This document shows positions 37,255 to 47,022 of a stretch of DNA of 49,810 bases, piece after piece. Position numbers and translations under genes: made by a program. The stretch's first letter is position 1, and each line of letters starts with the position of its first letter. This DNA comes from an uncultured Clostridia bacterium. GTDB taxonomy: Bacteria; Aerophobota; Aerophobia; Aerophobales; B3-G15. Under the pieces are notes generated by a model. That model had not been told where the DNA came from. It did not search any database and saw nothing but the letters and a program-made list of their open reading frames with translations. The stretch is from assembly GCA_964482715.1 (NCBI GenBank), contig CAYZYX010000010.1, positions 1 through 49,810 of the forward strand. The letters are read 5' to 3'.

Positions 37255-38643
37255 TTACTTTCCTATACAGAAATTGGAGAAAATTCTGTCCAGTACTTCA
37301 TCTCCAAGATTTCTCCCTGTAATCTGGTCAAGATACTTAAGGGCTTCTCTTATATCCAGAATCAAAAACTCTTCTGATACACCCAGATTAAGCCCCTCTC
37401 TGGCTTTCGTAATGAATTCCTGAGCTTTCTCCAGGCATTTTTTTTGTCGAAGGTTGATCATTAGCTGATCAGAATCCACATTTACATCCTTTAGAATGAG
37501 ATTTAGTATCTCATTTTTGAGTCCCTCCAGATTATCTCCTCGTAGAGCAGAAATTTCCAGCGGCGGAGTTTGCGGGAATAATTTTTTTAATTCGTCTTTG
37601 CAGATTTTCTGAGGAAGATCTATTTTGTTTATTACAGGCAGAATTTTCTTTTTATATTCCTTTAACAGCTCTAAAATTTCTCTATCCTCATCAGTAAGAG
37701 GGCAAGATCCATCAACCAGGGCAATTATTATATCTGCCTCTTCCAGATAGTGGCGAGTTCTTTTGGCTCCTTCTTCAGCAAGGGGATCTTCTGTCTTTCC
37801 CAGTCCGGCAGTATCAACCATCTTAACCGGGAACCCCTTTATATTAATGTATTCCTCAATAGTATCTCGAGTGGTGCCAGGAATTTGACTTACAATTACT
37901 CGCTCTCTTTGTAACATACTGTTTAAGAGACTTGATTTACCTACATTTGGTCTTCCTGCAATAACAACTTTTATTCCTTCTCGAAAGACCTCGCTACTTC
38001 TGGCGTTTTCTACAAGTTCTGACAATTCTTGTTCAATCTGACTTAAAATAAGCCCTTTTTCTTTTCGGGAAATAACTTCAATTTCCTCTTCACAAAAGTC
38101 TATTTCAGCCTCCAGAGCAGAAAGAACATCAATTATTTTATCCCTTAAGGTCAAAATGAGGTTTGAAACTCTTCCTTCAAGACTTTTTACAGCAAGTTGC
38201 AGACTCTTCTCTGTTTTGGCTTTTACAATTTCCAGAACACTCTCAGCTTGGGAAAGGTCAATTCTTCCATTTAAAAAGGCACGTTTAGTAAATTCACCAG
38301 GTTCTGCCAGTCTCGCTCCCAATTTTAAACAAAGCTCAAGAACTCTTCTCAGGACAACAGGACCTCCATGACAGTTTATCTCTACTATATCTTCGCGGGT
38401 ATAGGTTCGCGGAGCTCTCATCAAGCTCAAAAGGACTTCATCAACACGTTCTTTCGTTTCTGGATCCATTATCCATCCGTAATAGATCTTGAAGGAAGAA
38501 GTCCAGGAAATCTGGTTTGTGCGTGCAGGAACAAAGAGTTTTTTGGCTATAAAAAAAGCATTCTTCCCGCTCATTCTAACAATGCCAATGCCTGATTCTC
38601 CAATGGGGGTAGATATGGCGACTATAGTGTCTTCCAGATTCAT
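37255..38643 (-). CDS. mnmE: tRNA uridine-5-carboxymethylaminomethyl(34) GTPase
   Basis: DTIVAIST, GEFTKRAFLNG, GRPNVGKSS, GTTRD, FCIGK C-terminus. Confidence 0.97.
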   Translation of the reverse strand: MNLEDTIVAISTPIGESGIGIVRMSGKNAFFIAKKLFVPARTNQISWTSSFKIYYGWIMDPETKERVDEVLLSLMRAPRTYTREDIVEINCHGGPVVLRRVLELCLKLGARLAEPGEFTKRAFLNGRIDLSQAESVLEIVKAKTEKSLQLAVKSLEGRVSNLILTLRDKIIDVLSALEAEIDFCEEEIEVISRKEKGLILSQIEQELSELVENARSSEVFREGIKVVIAGRPNVGKSSLLNSMLQRERVIVSQIPGTTRDTIEEYINIKGFPVKMVDTAGLGKTEDPLAEEGAKRTRHYLEEADIIIALVDGSCPLTDEDREILELLKEYKKKILPVINKIDLPQKICKDELKKLFPQTPPLEISALRGDNLEGLKNEILNLILKDVNVDSDQLMINLRQKKCLEKAQEFITKAREGLNLGVSEEFLILDIREALKYLDQITGRNLGDEVLDRIFSNFCIGK

Positions 38644-40124
38644 GCTTCCCTTTTGCCTCTTTCAGGCACAAATCTTTTAGCAATGAAAAATTGTTGAATT
38701 ATGGATATTAACGTGGAGGTGAACCAGTATAGCATAACTCCAGAGGGAAGTGACCAAAGTATAAGAATAAGGAAAAGAGGAAAAAACTGCATTATCTTGG
38801 TTATTCCTTCCTGTTCCTTTGCTGGCTGAAGTTTTTGGGATATCTTTTGCTGGAGAAACATTAAAGCAGCTAGACCCATAAGCAGGGGAATGTCAGGTTT
38901 ACCCAGATTTTTTATCCACAGAAAGGAGGGATTTTCGGCAAAGTTAAAATCCAGAAGGGCTCTGTAAAGAATAAAAATTATGGGAAGTTGAATGATCATG
39001 GGCAGACATCCACCCATGGGGTTGACTTTGTGTTTGCTGTAGATTTTCATCATTTCAGCCTGAAGTCTTTTGGGATCATTCTTGAATTTTTTTTGAATTT
39101 CTCTAAGCTCCGGCTGTATGACCTGCATCTTCTGCATTGACTCAAATTGTTTAAAGGTCAGAGGAGACAGTATTCCATAGATGAGAATTGTAAGCAGAAT
39201 AATAGCAATCCCATAACTATGAGTGAAGCTGTAAAAGAAAATGAGGGTCTTGATAAGTCCCAGAGAGAGATACCCCCAGAAACTCACTTTAATCGTATCG
39301 GTGAGATGATAGTCTTCGCCAAGGATCTTTTTTATAAAATTATTAACCAGTCTAAGCTCTGTATAGCTTTGAGGACCAGCATAGATTATCCAGTTATTCT
39401 CAGGTTTACCAGTTGTAAAGCCCCAAAAATCTACCTGAAAGAACCCTTTTTCTGCTCTTTGAAGAGGAACCATAATGACGAGGAGATCTCTTTTCTGGCG
39501 GATCCCCAGCCATTTAATTCTGGAGTCGTATTCTGACTTGACTCCCTCTTCTTTTTCCTGGTAAAGGTAGTTATTCCAGTAGGCCAACCTTTCCTCATCA
39601 CCTGCTTTTTGTTCTATTTTTGTGGGCCAGTAAACTGAATATCGTGTTGGTTCAGGAGAATCAATTAAGACCTGATAAAAAACGTAGTATCCCTGTTCAG
39701 GTAGTTTAAAGATCTGGGTAAGTCGGGTCTTTGTTTTAACGTCTTGCCAGACAAGCTGAAGTTCTCTATCTTCTAATTTTTCAATTTCAAAATTAACCTT
39801 TTCGGAATCAATTTCTTCCCTCTCACCAATATTAAGCTTAAAAACACAGGCACGATCATCGGTTGCCAGGATCTCTTTTTTCTTGGTGACAAGATGCCAG
39901 GACAGAATTTCTCCTTTTTTTGGGTTGATACTCAGGGTAAGGTTGGGGTTTTTTAAAGTTACCAGTTTTTCCTTCTGCAAATCGATTTCCTCTTCCTGGC
40001 CCTTTTCTTCAACTATCTTTTCCGGTTTTTGTTCAACAAACGTGGGCATGAAAAAAATACTGTAAACTATAAGCACCACCATCGATAAAACAATGGCCAA
40101 AATTACATTTTTTTCCATTTTCAA
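38640..40124 (-). CDS. yidC: Membrane protein insertase
   Basis: N-terminal TM plus large extracytoplasmic domain; YGIAIILLT, VNPMGGCLP, LPSGVMLYW. Confidence 0.92.
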   Translation of the reverse strand: MKMEKNVILAIVLSMVVLIVYSIFFMPTFVEQKPEKIVEEKGQEEEIDLQKEKLVTLKNPNLTLSINPKKGEILSWHLVTKKKEILATDDRACVFKLNIGEREEIDSEKVNFEIEKLEDRELQLVWQDVKTKTRLTQIFKLPEQGYYVFYQVLIDSPEPTRYSVYWPTKIEQKAGDEERLAYWNNYLYQEKEEGVKSEYDSRIKWLGIRQKRDLLVIMVPLQRAEKGFFQVDFWGFTTGKPENNWIIYAGPQSYTELRLVNNFIKKILGEDYHLTDTIKVSFWGYLSLGLIKTLIFFYSFTHSYGIAIILLTILIYGILSPLTFKQFESMQKMQVIQPELREIQKKFKNDPKRLQAEMMKIYSKHKVNPMGGCLPMIIQLPIIFILYRALLDFNFAENPSFLWIKNLGKPDIPLLMGLAALMFLQQKISQKLQPAKEQEGITKIMQFFPLFLILILWSLPSGVMLYWFTSTLISIIQQFFIAKRFVPERGKREA

Positions 40125-40130
40125 AACCTT

Positions 40131-40343
40131 CTATTTAAGAGGGTCATATCCTCCAGGATGGAAAGGGTGACATCTGGTGATTCTTTTTACTCCCAAAAAG
40201 AGACCTCTTCCCACTCCGTATTTTTCTACCGCTTCTAAGGTATATTGCGAACAGGTAGGATAAAACCTGCAGGAAGAAGGAAACCAGGGAGAGATATACC
40301 TCTGGTAAAAAATTATTAATATCTTTACGATTTTTTTCCCCAT
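40131..40343 (-). CDS. yidD: Membrane protein insertion efficiency factor
   Basis: [29 protein letters not shown]. Confidence 0.95.
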   Translation of the reverse strand: MGKKIVKILIIFYQRYISPWFPSSCRFYPTCSQYTLEAVEKYGVGRGLFLGVKRITRCHPFHPGGYDPLK

Positions 40344-40443
40344 TTTTCCTTTTAACCCTTGCGTTAAATTATTTCAAATTATTTGCCATTGTCAACCCAC
40401 TCCTTTTCTCCTTCTTCTTTGTGGTTGTGATAGTTTTTGTCCT

Positions 40444-40471
40444 TTGACTTTCTAAAATTAATTGCTATATT
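40444..40471 (+). promoter_or_regulatory. Promoter of the rightward operon
   Basis: TTGACT-16 nt-TATATT with TGn extension; a divergent TTGACA lies at 40390-40395 on the minus strand. Confidence 0.55.
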
Positions 40472-40498
40472 TTTTACCACCAATCTAAGGAGTGGGGA

Positions 40499-41644
40499 AT
40501 GGACGAGATTCCTCTACTTGATCTTAAGAAGCAGTTTACAACTATTAAGGAAGAGATAAAAGAGGCTGTAAACAAAGTTCTTTCCAGTGGCCGTTATATT
40601 CTTGGTCCTAATGTTGAGGCTCTGGAAGAGGAAATAGCACGGTACTGTGGAGTTTCCTTTGCTGTAGGAGTGGCCTCAGGAACCGACGCTCTGCGTCTTT
40701 CGCTAATTGCTCTCGGGATTGGAGAGGGCGATGAAGTTATAACAACTCCTTTTAGCTTTATTGCTACCACTCAAGCCATTATTCAGACCGGTGCGACTCC
40801 TGTTTTTGTTGACATCGACGAGAAAACCTTTAATTTGGATGTCAAGCAAGTTGAAAGCTCAATAACCGAAAGAACAAGAGCTATTCTCCCGGTTCATCTT
40901 TTCGGTCATTCGGTGGATATGAAACCCCTCCTGGAAATTGCCAGAATGTACAATCTCTTTGTTATAGAAGATGCCGCTCAATCTTTTGGTAGCGAGTATA
41001 ATTATCCATCCCCTGAAGGTGCCACGGAATGGAGAAAAGTAGGTTCAATGGGAGATGCAGGATGCTTCAGTTTTTTTCCGACCAAGAATCTGGGAGGTTT
41101 TGGTGATGGAGGGATGGTGATAACCAACCAGAAGGAAATTGCCAGGAAGGTATCTCTTCTTCGAGTTCACGGAGGAAATTCGTTTGATTATTCATACGAC
41201 ATGATGGGTTACAATTCAAGACTGGATGAACTGCAGGCTGCAATTTTAAGGGTAAAACTTAAATATGTGGATAAATGGATAAAGATGCGAAGGGGAAAAG
41301 CATCACTTTACAACAAACTCCTTGCCGGGCTTCCCGTTGAGACTCCTCATTGTGAGCCTTATGCAAAGCACACCTTCTGCGTTTATACCATAAAGACTCC
41401 TCAAAGAGATAATTTGAAAAGGTATCTTGACATCCACAGGGTAAGCACGAAGATCTATTACCCTATTCCTCTTCATTTTCAGAGAGTTTATGATAAGCAA
41501 AATTTTTATCAGGTTAAGTTACCAAATGCTGAGAAAGTTTGTCAGGAGGTTCTTTCACTCCCCCTTTACCCGGAATTAGAGGAGGAGAAAATTATTTATG
41601 TCGTCAAAAGAATTCAAGATTTTTTCAAGGAGTTTGAGCGATGA
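40499..41644 (+). CDS. DegT/DnrJ/EryC1/StrS nucleotide-sugar aminotransferase
   Basis: SGTDAL, IEDAAQ, SFFPTKNLGGFGDGG, NSRLDELQAA. Confidence 0.93.
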   Translation: MDEIPLLDLKKQFTTIKEEIKEAVNKVLSSGRYILGPNVEALEEEIARYCGVSFAVGVASGTDALRLSLIALGIGEGDEVITTPFSFIATTQAIIQTGATPVFVDIDEKTFNLDVKQVESSITERTRAILPVHLFGHSVDMKPLLEIARMYNLFVIEDAAQSFGSEYNYPSPEGATEWRKVGSMGDAGCFSFFPTKNLGGFGDGGMVITNQKEIARKVSLLRVHGGNSFDYSYDMMGYNSRLDELQAAILRVKLKYVDKWIKMRRGKASLYNKLLAGLPVETPHCEPYAKHTFCVYTIKTPQRDNLKRYLDIHRVSTKIYYPIPLHFQRVYDKQNFYQVKLPNAEKVCQEVLSLPLYPELEEEKIIYVVKRIQDFFKEFER

Positions 41645-42939
41645 ATTTATGTGTAATCGGGACCGGTTATGTTGGTTTGGTGACCGGTGCAGGTTTTGCA
41701 GAGCTGGGCAATAATGTAGTATGTATAGATGTTGATAAAGTTAAAATAGACAATTTGAAAAAAGGAGTTGTTCCTTTTTATGAAAAAGGATTGAAAGAAC
41801 TGGTGGATAGGAATCTTAAAGCAGGAAGGATAAAATTTACTATCAGCATGAAAGAAGGAATAAGGGATGCCAGGATAATTTTTGTGGCAGTAGGAACCCC
41901 ATCTAAGGAAGATGGCGAAGCTGACCTCTCTCAGGTTATAAAAGTGGCAGAGGAACTGGCTGACTTAATCCAGGATTACAAGATAATTGCTATAAAAAGC
42001 ACTGTTCCTGTTGGAACTTTTCAGTTGATAAGAGAGGTTCTGACGGGAAAAATCAAAGAGGGAACACATTTTGACATAGTCTCTAATCCAGAGTTTTTAC
42101 GAGAAGGAGATGCGGTTTACGATTTTTTCCATCCTACCCGTGTAATAATTGGAGTGGATGAGGGTAAGGAAAGAGTTGCTGACGAGATAGGAGAACTTTT
42201 CCGTCCCCTGAGGGCTCCCATTATAAAAACCAGTATTATTAACGCTCAGATGATAAAGTACGCTTCTAATGTTTTTCTTGCCTCACGAATATCTTTTATC
42301 AATGAAATTGCTAATATCTGTGAACGGGTTGGGGCTGATGTCAATGAAATTGCCAGAGGAATGAGTTTCGATAAGAGGCTGGGTGAGGGTTATCTAAGAG
42401 CTGGAATTGGATTTGGAGGACCATGTCTGGTTAAAGACCTTAAAGCTTTGATAAAAATGGCTGAAAATTACGGATATGAAGCTCAACATCTGAAATCCAT
42501 CTTGATTAAAAACGAACATCAGGTAAAGCATGTTGTATTTAAAGTAAAAAGTATGCTGGGAGAAGTTCTTTATGGCAAGACAATTGGTGTGTTAGGATTA
42601 ACTTTTAAACCAGGAACCAACGATACCAGAAACTCTCTGGCTTTAAAGATTATAGATCTTTTGAAAAAAGAAGGAGCTCAGGTTAAAGCTTATGACCCCA
42701 AGGGAATGGAGGAAGCAAAAATTCTTATGAATGATCTTATTCTCTGTCAAGATCCTTACGAAGTGGCTCTCAATTCGGATCTTCTGCTCATCCTCACTGG
42801 CTGGGATGAATTTAAAGATCTTAACTTTAACCACATAAAGGAAAAGTTAAAAGAACCCATAATTATTGATGGAGTTAATTTACTTGATCCGGAAAAAATG
42901 AGAAATCTGGGTTTTGTTTACAGGGGAATAGGTAGATGA
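41641..42939 (+). CDS. ugd: UDP-glucose 6-dehydrogenase family protein
   Basis: GTGYVG, KSTVPVG, SNPEFLREG, GFGGPCL. Confidence 0.88.
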   Translation: MNLCVIGTGYVGLVTGAGFAELGNNVVCIDVDKVKIDNLKKGVVPFYEKGLKELVDRNLKAGRIKFTISMKEGIRDARIIFVAVGTPSKEDGEADLSQVIKVAEELADLIQDYKIIAIKSTVPVGTFQLIREVLTGKIKEGTHFDIVSNPEFLREGDAVYDFFHPTRVIIGVDEGKERVADEIGELFRPLRAPIIKTSIINAQMIKYASNVFLASRISFINEIANICERVGADVNEIARGMSFDKRLGEGYLRAGIGFGGPCLVKDLKALIKMAENYGYEAQHLKSILIKNEHQVKHVVFKVKSMLGEVLYGKTIGVLGLTFKPGTNDTRNSLALKIIDLLKKEGAQVKAYDPKGMEEAKILMNDLILCQDPYEVALNSDLLLILTGWDEFKDLNFNHIKEKLKEPIIIDGVNLLDPEKMRNLGFVYRGIGR

Positions 42940-43898
42940 TTTTGATAACAGGTGGGGCTGGCTTTATTGGTTCACACCTTACCGGGAAGCTTCTCTCTCA
43001 AGGGGAAAGGGTTATAATTGTAGATAACTTTGACCCTTACTATAGTGAAAAAATAAAGAGAAAAAATATCCAGAATTATCTTAATCACTCCTCTTTTACT
43101 TTGGTTGAGGGAGACATAAGACAAAGAAAAACACTCGAAGACATATTTGAAGAATACCCGGTCACAAAGGTTGTTCATCTTGCAGCAAGAGCCGGAGTGA
43201 GAGGCTCAATAGAGGATCCCTTTATATACGAAGACATTAACCTGAAGGGAACTTTAAATCTTCTGGAAACCTGTAAAAACTATTCCATTGAGAGTTTTAT
43301 TTTTGCATCTTCATCGTCCGTGTATGGAAATAGCAAGGTTCCGTTTTCTGAAGATAGTCCTTTCCTTTCTCCGATTTCTCCTTATGGAGTCACTAAATTA
43401 TCCGGAGAAATTCTCTGTCAGACTTATCATCATCTTTACCGTATTCCTATTCTCTGCATAAGGATTTTCACTGCCTATGGTCCTTTTCAAAGGCCAGAGA
43501 TGGTGGTTCATAAGTTTACCCGGCTGATTTACAGAGAAATGGAAGTTCCAGTTTTTGGTGAGGGGAAATATAAAAGGGACTACACCTATATTGATGACCT
43601 GATAGAGGGAATAGTTCTGGCTCTCAAGTATCATCCCCGATATGATATCATCAACCTGGGAAGCTCTTGCCCCGTTGATCTTTCAACCTTAATAAGTTTA
43701 ATTGAAGAAAATATTCATAAAAAAGCCAGGATTCGATATCTACCTCCACAACCTGGCGATCCTTTTGTAACTTTTGCTGATATAAGAAAGGCTCAAAAGC
43801 TCCTGGGATATCAACCTCGGGTTAGTATAGAGGAAGGTATAGCTCGATTCTGCAGATGGTATCTGGATAACCTGGGTTGGCTTGATGAATTAACTTGA
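42936..43898 (+). CDS. NAD-dependent epimerase (UDP-glucuronate 4-epimerase-like)
   Basis: TGGAGFIGS, HLAARAGVR, ASSSSVYG, YGVTK, RDYTYIDD. Confidence 0.88.
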   Translation: MILITGGAGFIGSHLTGKLLSQGERVIIVDNFDPYYSEKIKRKNIQNYLNHSSFTLVEGDIRQRKTLEDIFEEYPVTKVVHLAARAGVRGSIEDPFIYEDINLKGTLNLLETCKNYSIESFIFASSSSVYGNSKVPFSEDSPFLSPISPYGVTKLSGEILCQTYHHLYRIPILCIRIFTAYGPFQRPEMVVHKFTRLIYREMEVPVFGEGKYKRDYTYIDDLIEGIVLALKYHPRYDIINLGSSCPVDLSTLISLIEENIHKKARIRYLPPQPGDPFVTFADIRKAQKLLGYQPRVSIEEGIARFCRWYLDNLGWLDELT

Positions 43899-44620
43899 AA
43901 ATGGACAAAGAGCTCTCTGTAGAGGAGATTTTAATTAAAGGGGCCGAGCAACTTGGCCTTTCTCTTTCTAAGTCCCAGACGGAAAAATTTATTACCTATC
44001 TAAGAGACTTGAAAGCCTGGAATAAGAGATTTAATTTAACTGCCTTGAAAAAAGACACAGAAATAATAGTCAAGCACTTTCTTGATTCGCTCACTTTGTG
44101 CCAGCTGTTTCATCAAGTTCCCAAAAATTTGGTGGATATCGGCCCGGGTGCTGGCTTTCCTTCTCTTCCTATCAAGATTTATCTAACAGATATAGAATGT
44201 ACTTTGATTGAAGCAAACGGGAAAAAGATTAGTTTTTTAAAATATATTATCCACAGGTTGAATCTAAAAGGGGTTTTTTTAATTAAAGCCCGAGCTGAAG
44301 AGATGGCCAGGGGCGATCTTAGAGAGAGATTTGATCTTGCAGTGGGAAGGGGGGTTGCCAGGTTGAATGTATTACTGGAATACGCTCTTCCCTATGTAAA
44401 AATTGGAGGATGTATGATTGCCCAAAAGGGAAAAAATTTCCAGGAGATTGAGGAAGCCCAAAAGGCACTTTCTTTACTGGGTGGCAGAGTAACATGGATT
44501 AAATCTCTAAAACTTCCCTTTTCTGGTGAACATCGCAATCTTATTATGATAGAAAAAGTAAAATCAACACCCCTTACGTATCCTCGACGTCCAGGTATTC
44601 CAGAAAAAAGGCCCCTTTAG
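43895..44620 (+). CDS. rsmG: 16S rRNA m7G527 methyltransferase
   Basis: WNKRFNLT, KHFLDS, DIGPGAGFP, YPRRPG.P; alternative ATG at 43901. Confidence 0.92.
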   Translation: MKMDKELSVEEILIKGAEQLGLSLSKSQTEKFITYLRDLKAWNKRFNLTALKKDTEIIVKHFLDSLTLCQLFHQVPKNLVDIGPGAGFPSLPIKIYLTDIECTLIEANGKKISFLKYIIHRLNLKGVFLIKARAEEMARGDLRERFDLAVGRGVARLNVLLEYALPYVKIGGCMIAQKGKNFQEIEEAQKALSLLGGRVTWIKSLKLPFSGEHRNLIMIEKVKSTPLTYPRRPGIPEKRPL

Positions 44621-44636
44621 GTCCTCAATCCTAAAA

Positions 44637-45401
44637 ATGAGCGAAAAAAAAGAACATGGTGCTCTTTATCTGGTGGGTACTCCAATTGGAAATTTAAAAG
44701 ATATAAGTTTTCGGGCACTTGAAGTTTTGCGTCAGGTAAATCTTATTGCTGCAGAAGATACCAGACATACCCGAAAATTACTTTCGCATTACGATATTCA
44801 TACTCCTCTTACAAGTTTTCATGAGCACAACGAAAAAAAGAAAGCACCATCCCTGATAAGAAAATTGAAGAATGGCCAATCTATTGCACTTGTCAGCGAT
44901 GCAGGAATGCCTGGAATATCTGACCCGGGATTTTACCTGGTTAAATTAGCGGTGGAGAACAATCTGAAGATAGTTGCCATTCCAGGACCGTGTGCCCTAA
45001 TTCTTGCCCTGGTAGTTTCTGGTTTTTCCACAGAGAGTTTTGTTTTTGAGGGGTTTTTAGGTAGAACCAGCAAAGAACGTAGAAAAAAACTTACCAAACT
45101 CATCAATGAGGAAAGAACTATTATCCTTTATGAGGCACCTCATCGAATCAGCAAGCTGTTACCACAAATAAGAGAAATTCTTGGAGACAGGCATATAGTA
45201 ATTGGCAGAGAGATGACTAAAAGATTTGAAGAGATAATCCGGGGTCGCATAAGTGAAGTAGAAAAGATTTTTAAAGATAAAAAACCTCGAGGAGAATTTA
45301 CCCTGGTGATTGAGGGAAAACAAGCTCTTGACACTCCAGAGGATAGTGTTAGGATTAAGAGGAAAGATGAGAGTATTTATTGCAATAGAACTTCCCGATA
45401 A
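44637..45401 (+). CDS. rsmI: 16S rRNA C1402 2'-O-methyltransferase
   Basis: TPIGNL, AEDTRHT, SDAGMPGISDPG, YEAPHR, REMTKRFEE, RGEF. Confidence 0.94.
   Translation: MSEKKEHGALYLVGTPIGNLKDISFRALEVLRQVNLIAAEDTRHTRKLLSHYDIHTPLTSFHEHNEKKKAPSLIRKLKNGQSIALVSDAGMPGISDPGFYLVKLAVENNLKIVAIPGPCALILALVVSGFSTESFVFEGFLGRTSKERRKKLTKLINEERTIILYEAPHRISKLLPQIREILGDRHIVIGREMTKRFEEIIRGRISEVEKIFKDKKPRGEFTLVIEGKQALDTPEDSVRIKRKDESIYCNRTSR
45328..45355 (+). promoter_or_regulatory. Internal promoter candidate for thpR-recA
   Basis: TTGACA-16 nt-TAGGAT with TGn extension inside the rsmI 3' tail. Confidence 0.5.
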
Positions 45402-45930
45402 GATAAAAAAGGAATTAGCTCTTATTCAAAGAAGAATGAAATCTACCCCTAACAAAATAAAGTGGGTGGAACCTTCCTCGCTTCACATAACCCTTAAGTT
45501 TCTTGGTGAAATAAAAGAGGAAATCCTGCAAAATGTTTTCAGGACTGCCGAAGAAGTTGCAGCTGAGTTTCTCCCTTTTTACATTGAGATAAAAGGAGCA
45601 GGAACATTTCCCGATAATTCAAATCCCAGAGTAATATGGATGGGGATCGAAGAAGGAGCCTCTCAGCTTTCTCTTTTGGTCAGACAGCTGGAAGAAAAAC
45701 TTTCACGGGAAGGTTTCCCCCCGGAGAAAAGGAAGTGGGTTCCTCATCTTACCCTTGGTAGAGTCAAACATTTGAGAGATAGAGAGGACATGAAGAAGAT
45801 AATAAACCAGGAACAAGAAACATCAGGGGGGAGGGTTAAAGTTGAGAAAATTACTGTTATGCAAAGCAGGCTTACTCCGCAAGGGGCGATATATACACCC
45901 CTGCAATGTTTTTCTTTAAAAGGGGGATAG
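45367..45930 (+). CDS. thpR: RNA 2',3'-cyclic phosphodiesterase (2H family)
   Basis: [25 protein letters not shown] 45367 preferred over 45310. Confidence 0.93.
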   Translation: MRVFIAIELPDKIKKELALIQRRMKSTPNKIKWVEPSSLHITLKFLGEIKEEILQNVFRTAEEVAAEFLPFYIEIKGAGTFPDNSNPRVIWMGIEEGASQLSLLVRQLEEKLSREGFPPEKRKWVPHLTLGRVKHLRDREDMKKIINQEQETSGGRVKVEKITVMQSRLTPQGAIYTPLQCFSLKGG

Positions 45931-45931
45931 A

Positions 45932-46969
45932 ATGAATGAGGAGAAATTAAAGGCTCTGGAAATAGCCAGGCGCCAGATAGAGCACCAGTTTGGTAAAGGT
46001 GCTATAATGCGTCTGGGAGAAAGAGCAGCTCGTATGGATGTGGAGGTGATTCCTACCGGGAGTATTGCCCTGGATGCTGCTCTGGGAATAGGAGGTTTGC
46101 CCCGGGGAAGAGTAGTAGAGATTTTTGGTCCCGAAGGCTCAGGAAAAACCACTCTTGCCCTTCACGTAGCCGCTGAAGCCCAGAGAAGGGGAGGAATAGT
46201 CGCTTTTATTGATGCTGAACACGCTCTTGACCCTACCTATGCTGAAAAATTGGGAGTTGATACGGAAAACATGTATATTTCTCAGCCTGATTCAGGAGAA
46301 GATGCTCTGGAAATTGCCGAGGTTCTGGTCAGAAGTAACGCCATTGACCTCATTATTATAGACTCTGTAGCCGCTCTGGTTCCTCGTGCTGAACTGGAAG
46401 GAGAAATGGGTGATGCCCATATAGGTCTTCAAGCTCGCCTGATGTCTCAGGCTCTGAGAAAGTTGACAGCCGCTATAAGCCGCTCCAAAACCTGCACCAT
46501 ATTTATTAACCAGTTAAGAATGAAAATTGGTGTTCTCTTCGGTAATCCAGAGACAACACCAGGTGGAAGAGCTCTAAAGTTTTACTCTTCTATACGTATA
46601 GACATACGAAAAAAATCCCAAATTACCAGAGGAGAAGAACAAATTGGAAACCGGGTGAAGGTTAATGTGGTCAAAAATAAGCTGGCTCCACCTTTTAGAA
46701 AAGCTGAATTTGACATTATATTTGGAGAAGGAATTTCCCAGGAGGGATGTTTAATAGATACGGGAGTAGATGCAGGAATTATTAAAAAGTCGGGTAGCTG
46801 GTATTCTTACGGCGATACCCAATTGGGCCAGGGAAAGGAAAACGCACGGCAGTTCCTGTGTGACCCCAGAAATAAGGCTTTAAGAGACGAAATCGAGAAA
46901 AAGATAAGAGAAAAGCTGGGTTTAATAAGAGAGCACGAAATAAAGTCTGAGGATAAAAAAGAAAGTTAA
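45932..46969 (+). CDS. recA: Recombinase A
   Basis: [37 protein letters not shown]; normal length, no intein. Confidence 0.99.
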   Translation: MNEEKLKALEIARRQIEHQFGKGAIMRLGERAARMDVEVIPTGSIALDAALGIGGLPRGRVVEIFGPEGSGKTTLALHVAAEAQRRGGIVAFIDAEHALDPTYAEKLGVDTENMYISQPDSGEDALEIAEVLVRSNAIDLIIIDSVAALVPRAELEGEMGDAHIGLQARLMSQALRKLTAAISRSKTCTIFINQLRMKIGVLFGNPETTPGGRALKFYSSIRIDIRKKSQITRGEEQIGNRVKVNVVKNKLAPPFRKAEFDIIFGEGISQEGCLIDTGVDAGIIKKSGSWYSYGDTQLGQGKENARQFLCDPRNKALRDEIEKKIREKLGLIREHEIKSEDKKES

Positions 46970-47022
46970 CTTCTGGAAAAAGGTTAAGCGTTCCTGGAGT
47001 CGGGGGAGAGAGGCAGGATGTC

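Noticed and set aside
38912-44255. oriC, suggested by TTATCCACA at 38912 and 44247 and by yidC/mnmE/rsmG
   Set aside because: The boxes are isolated and inside CDSs; no DnaA-box cluster in 40344-40498 and no dnaA
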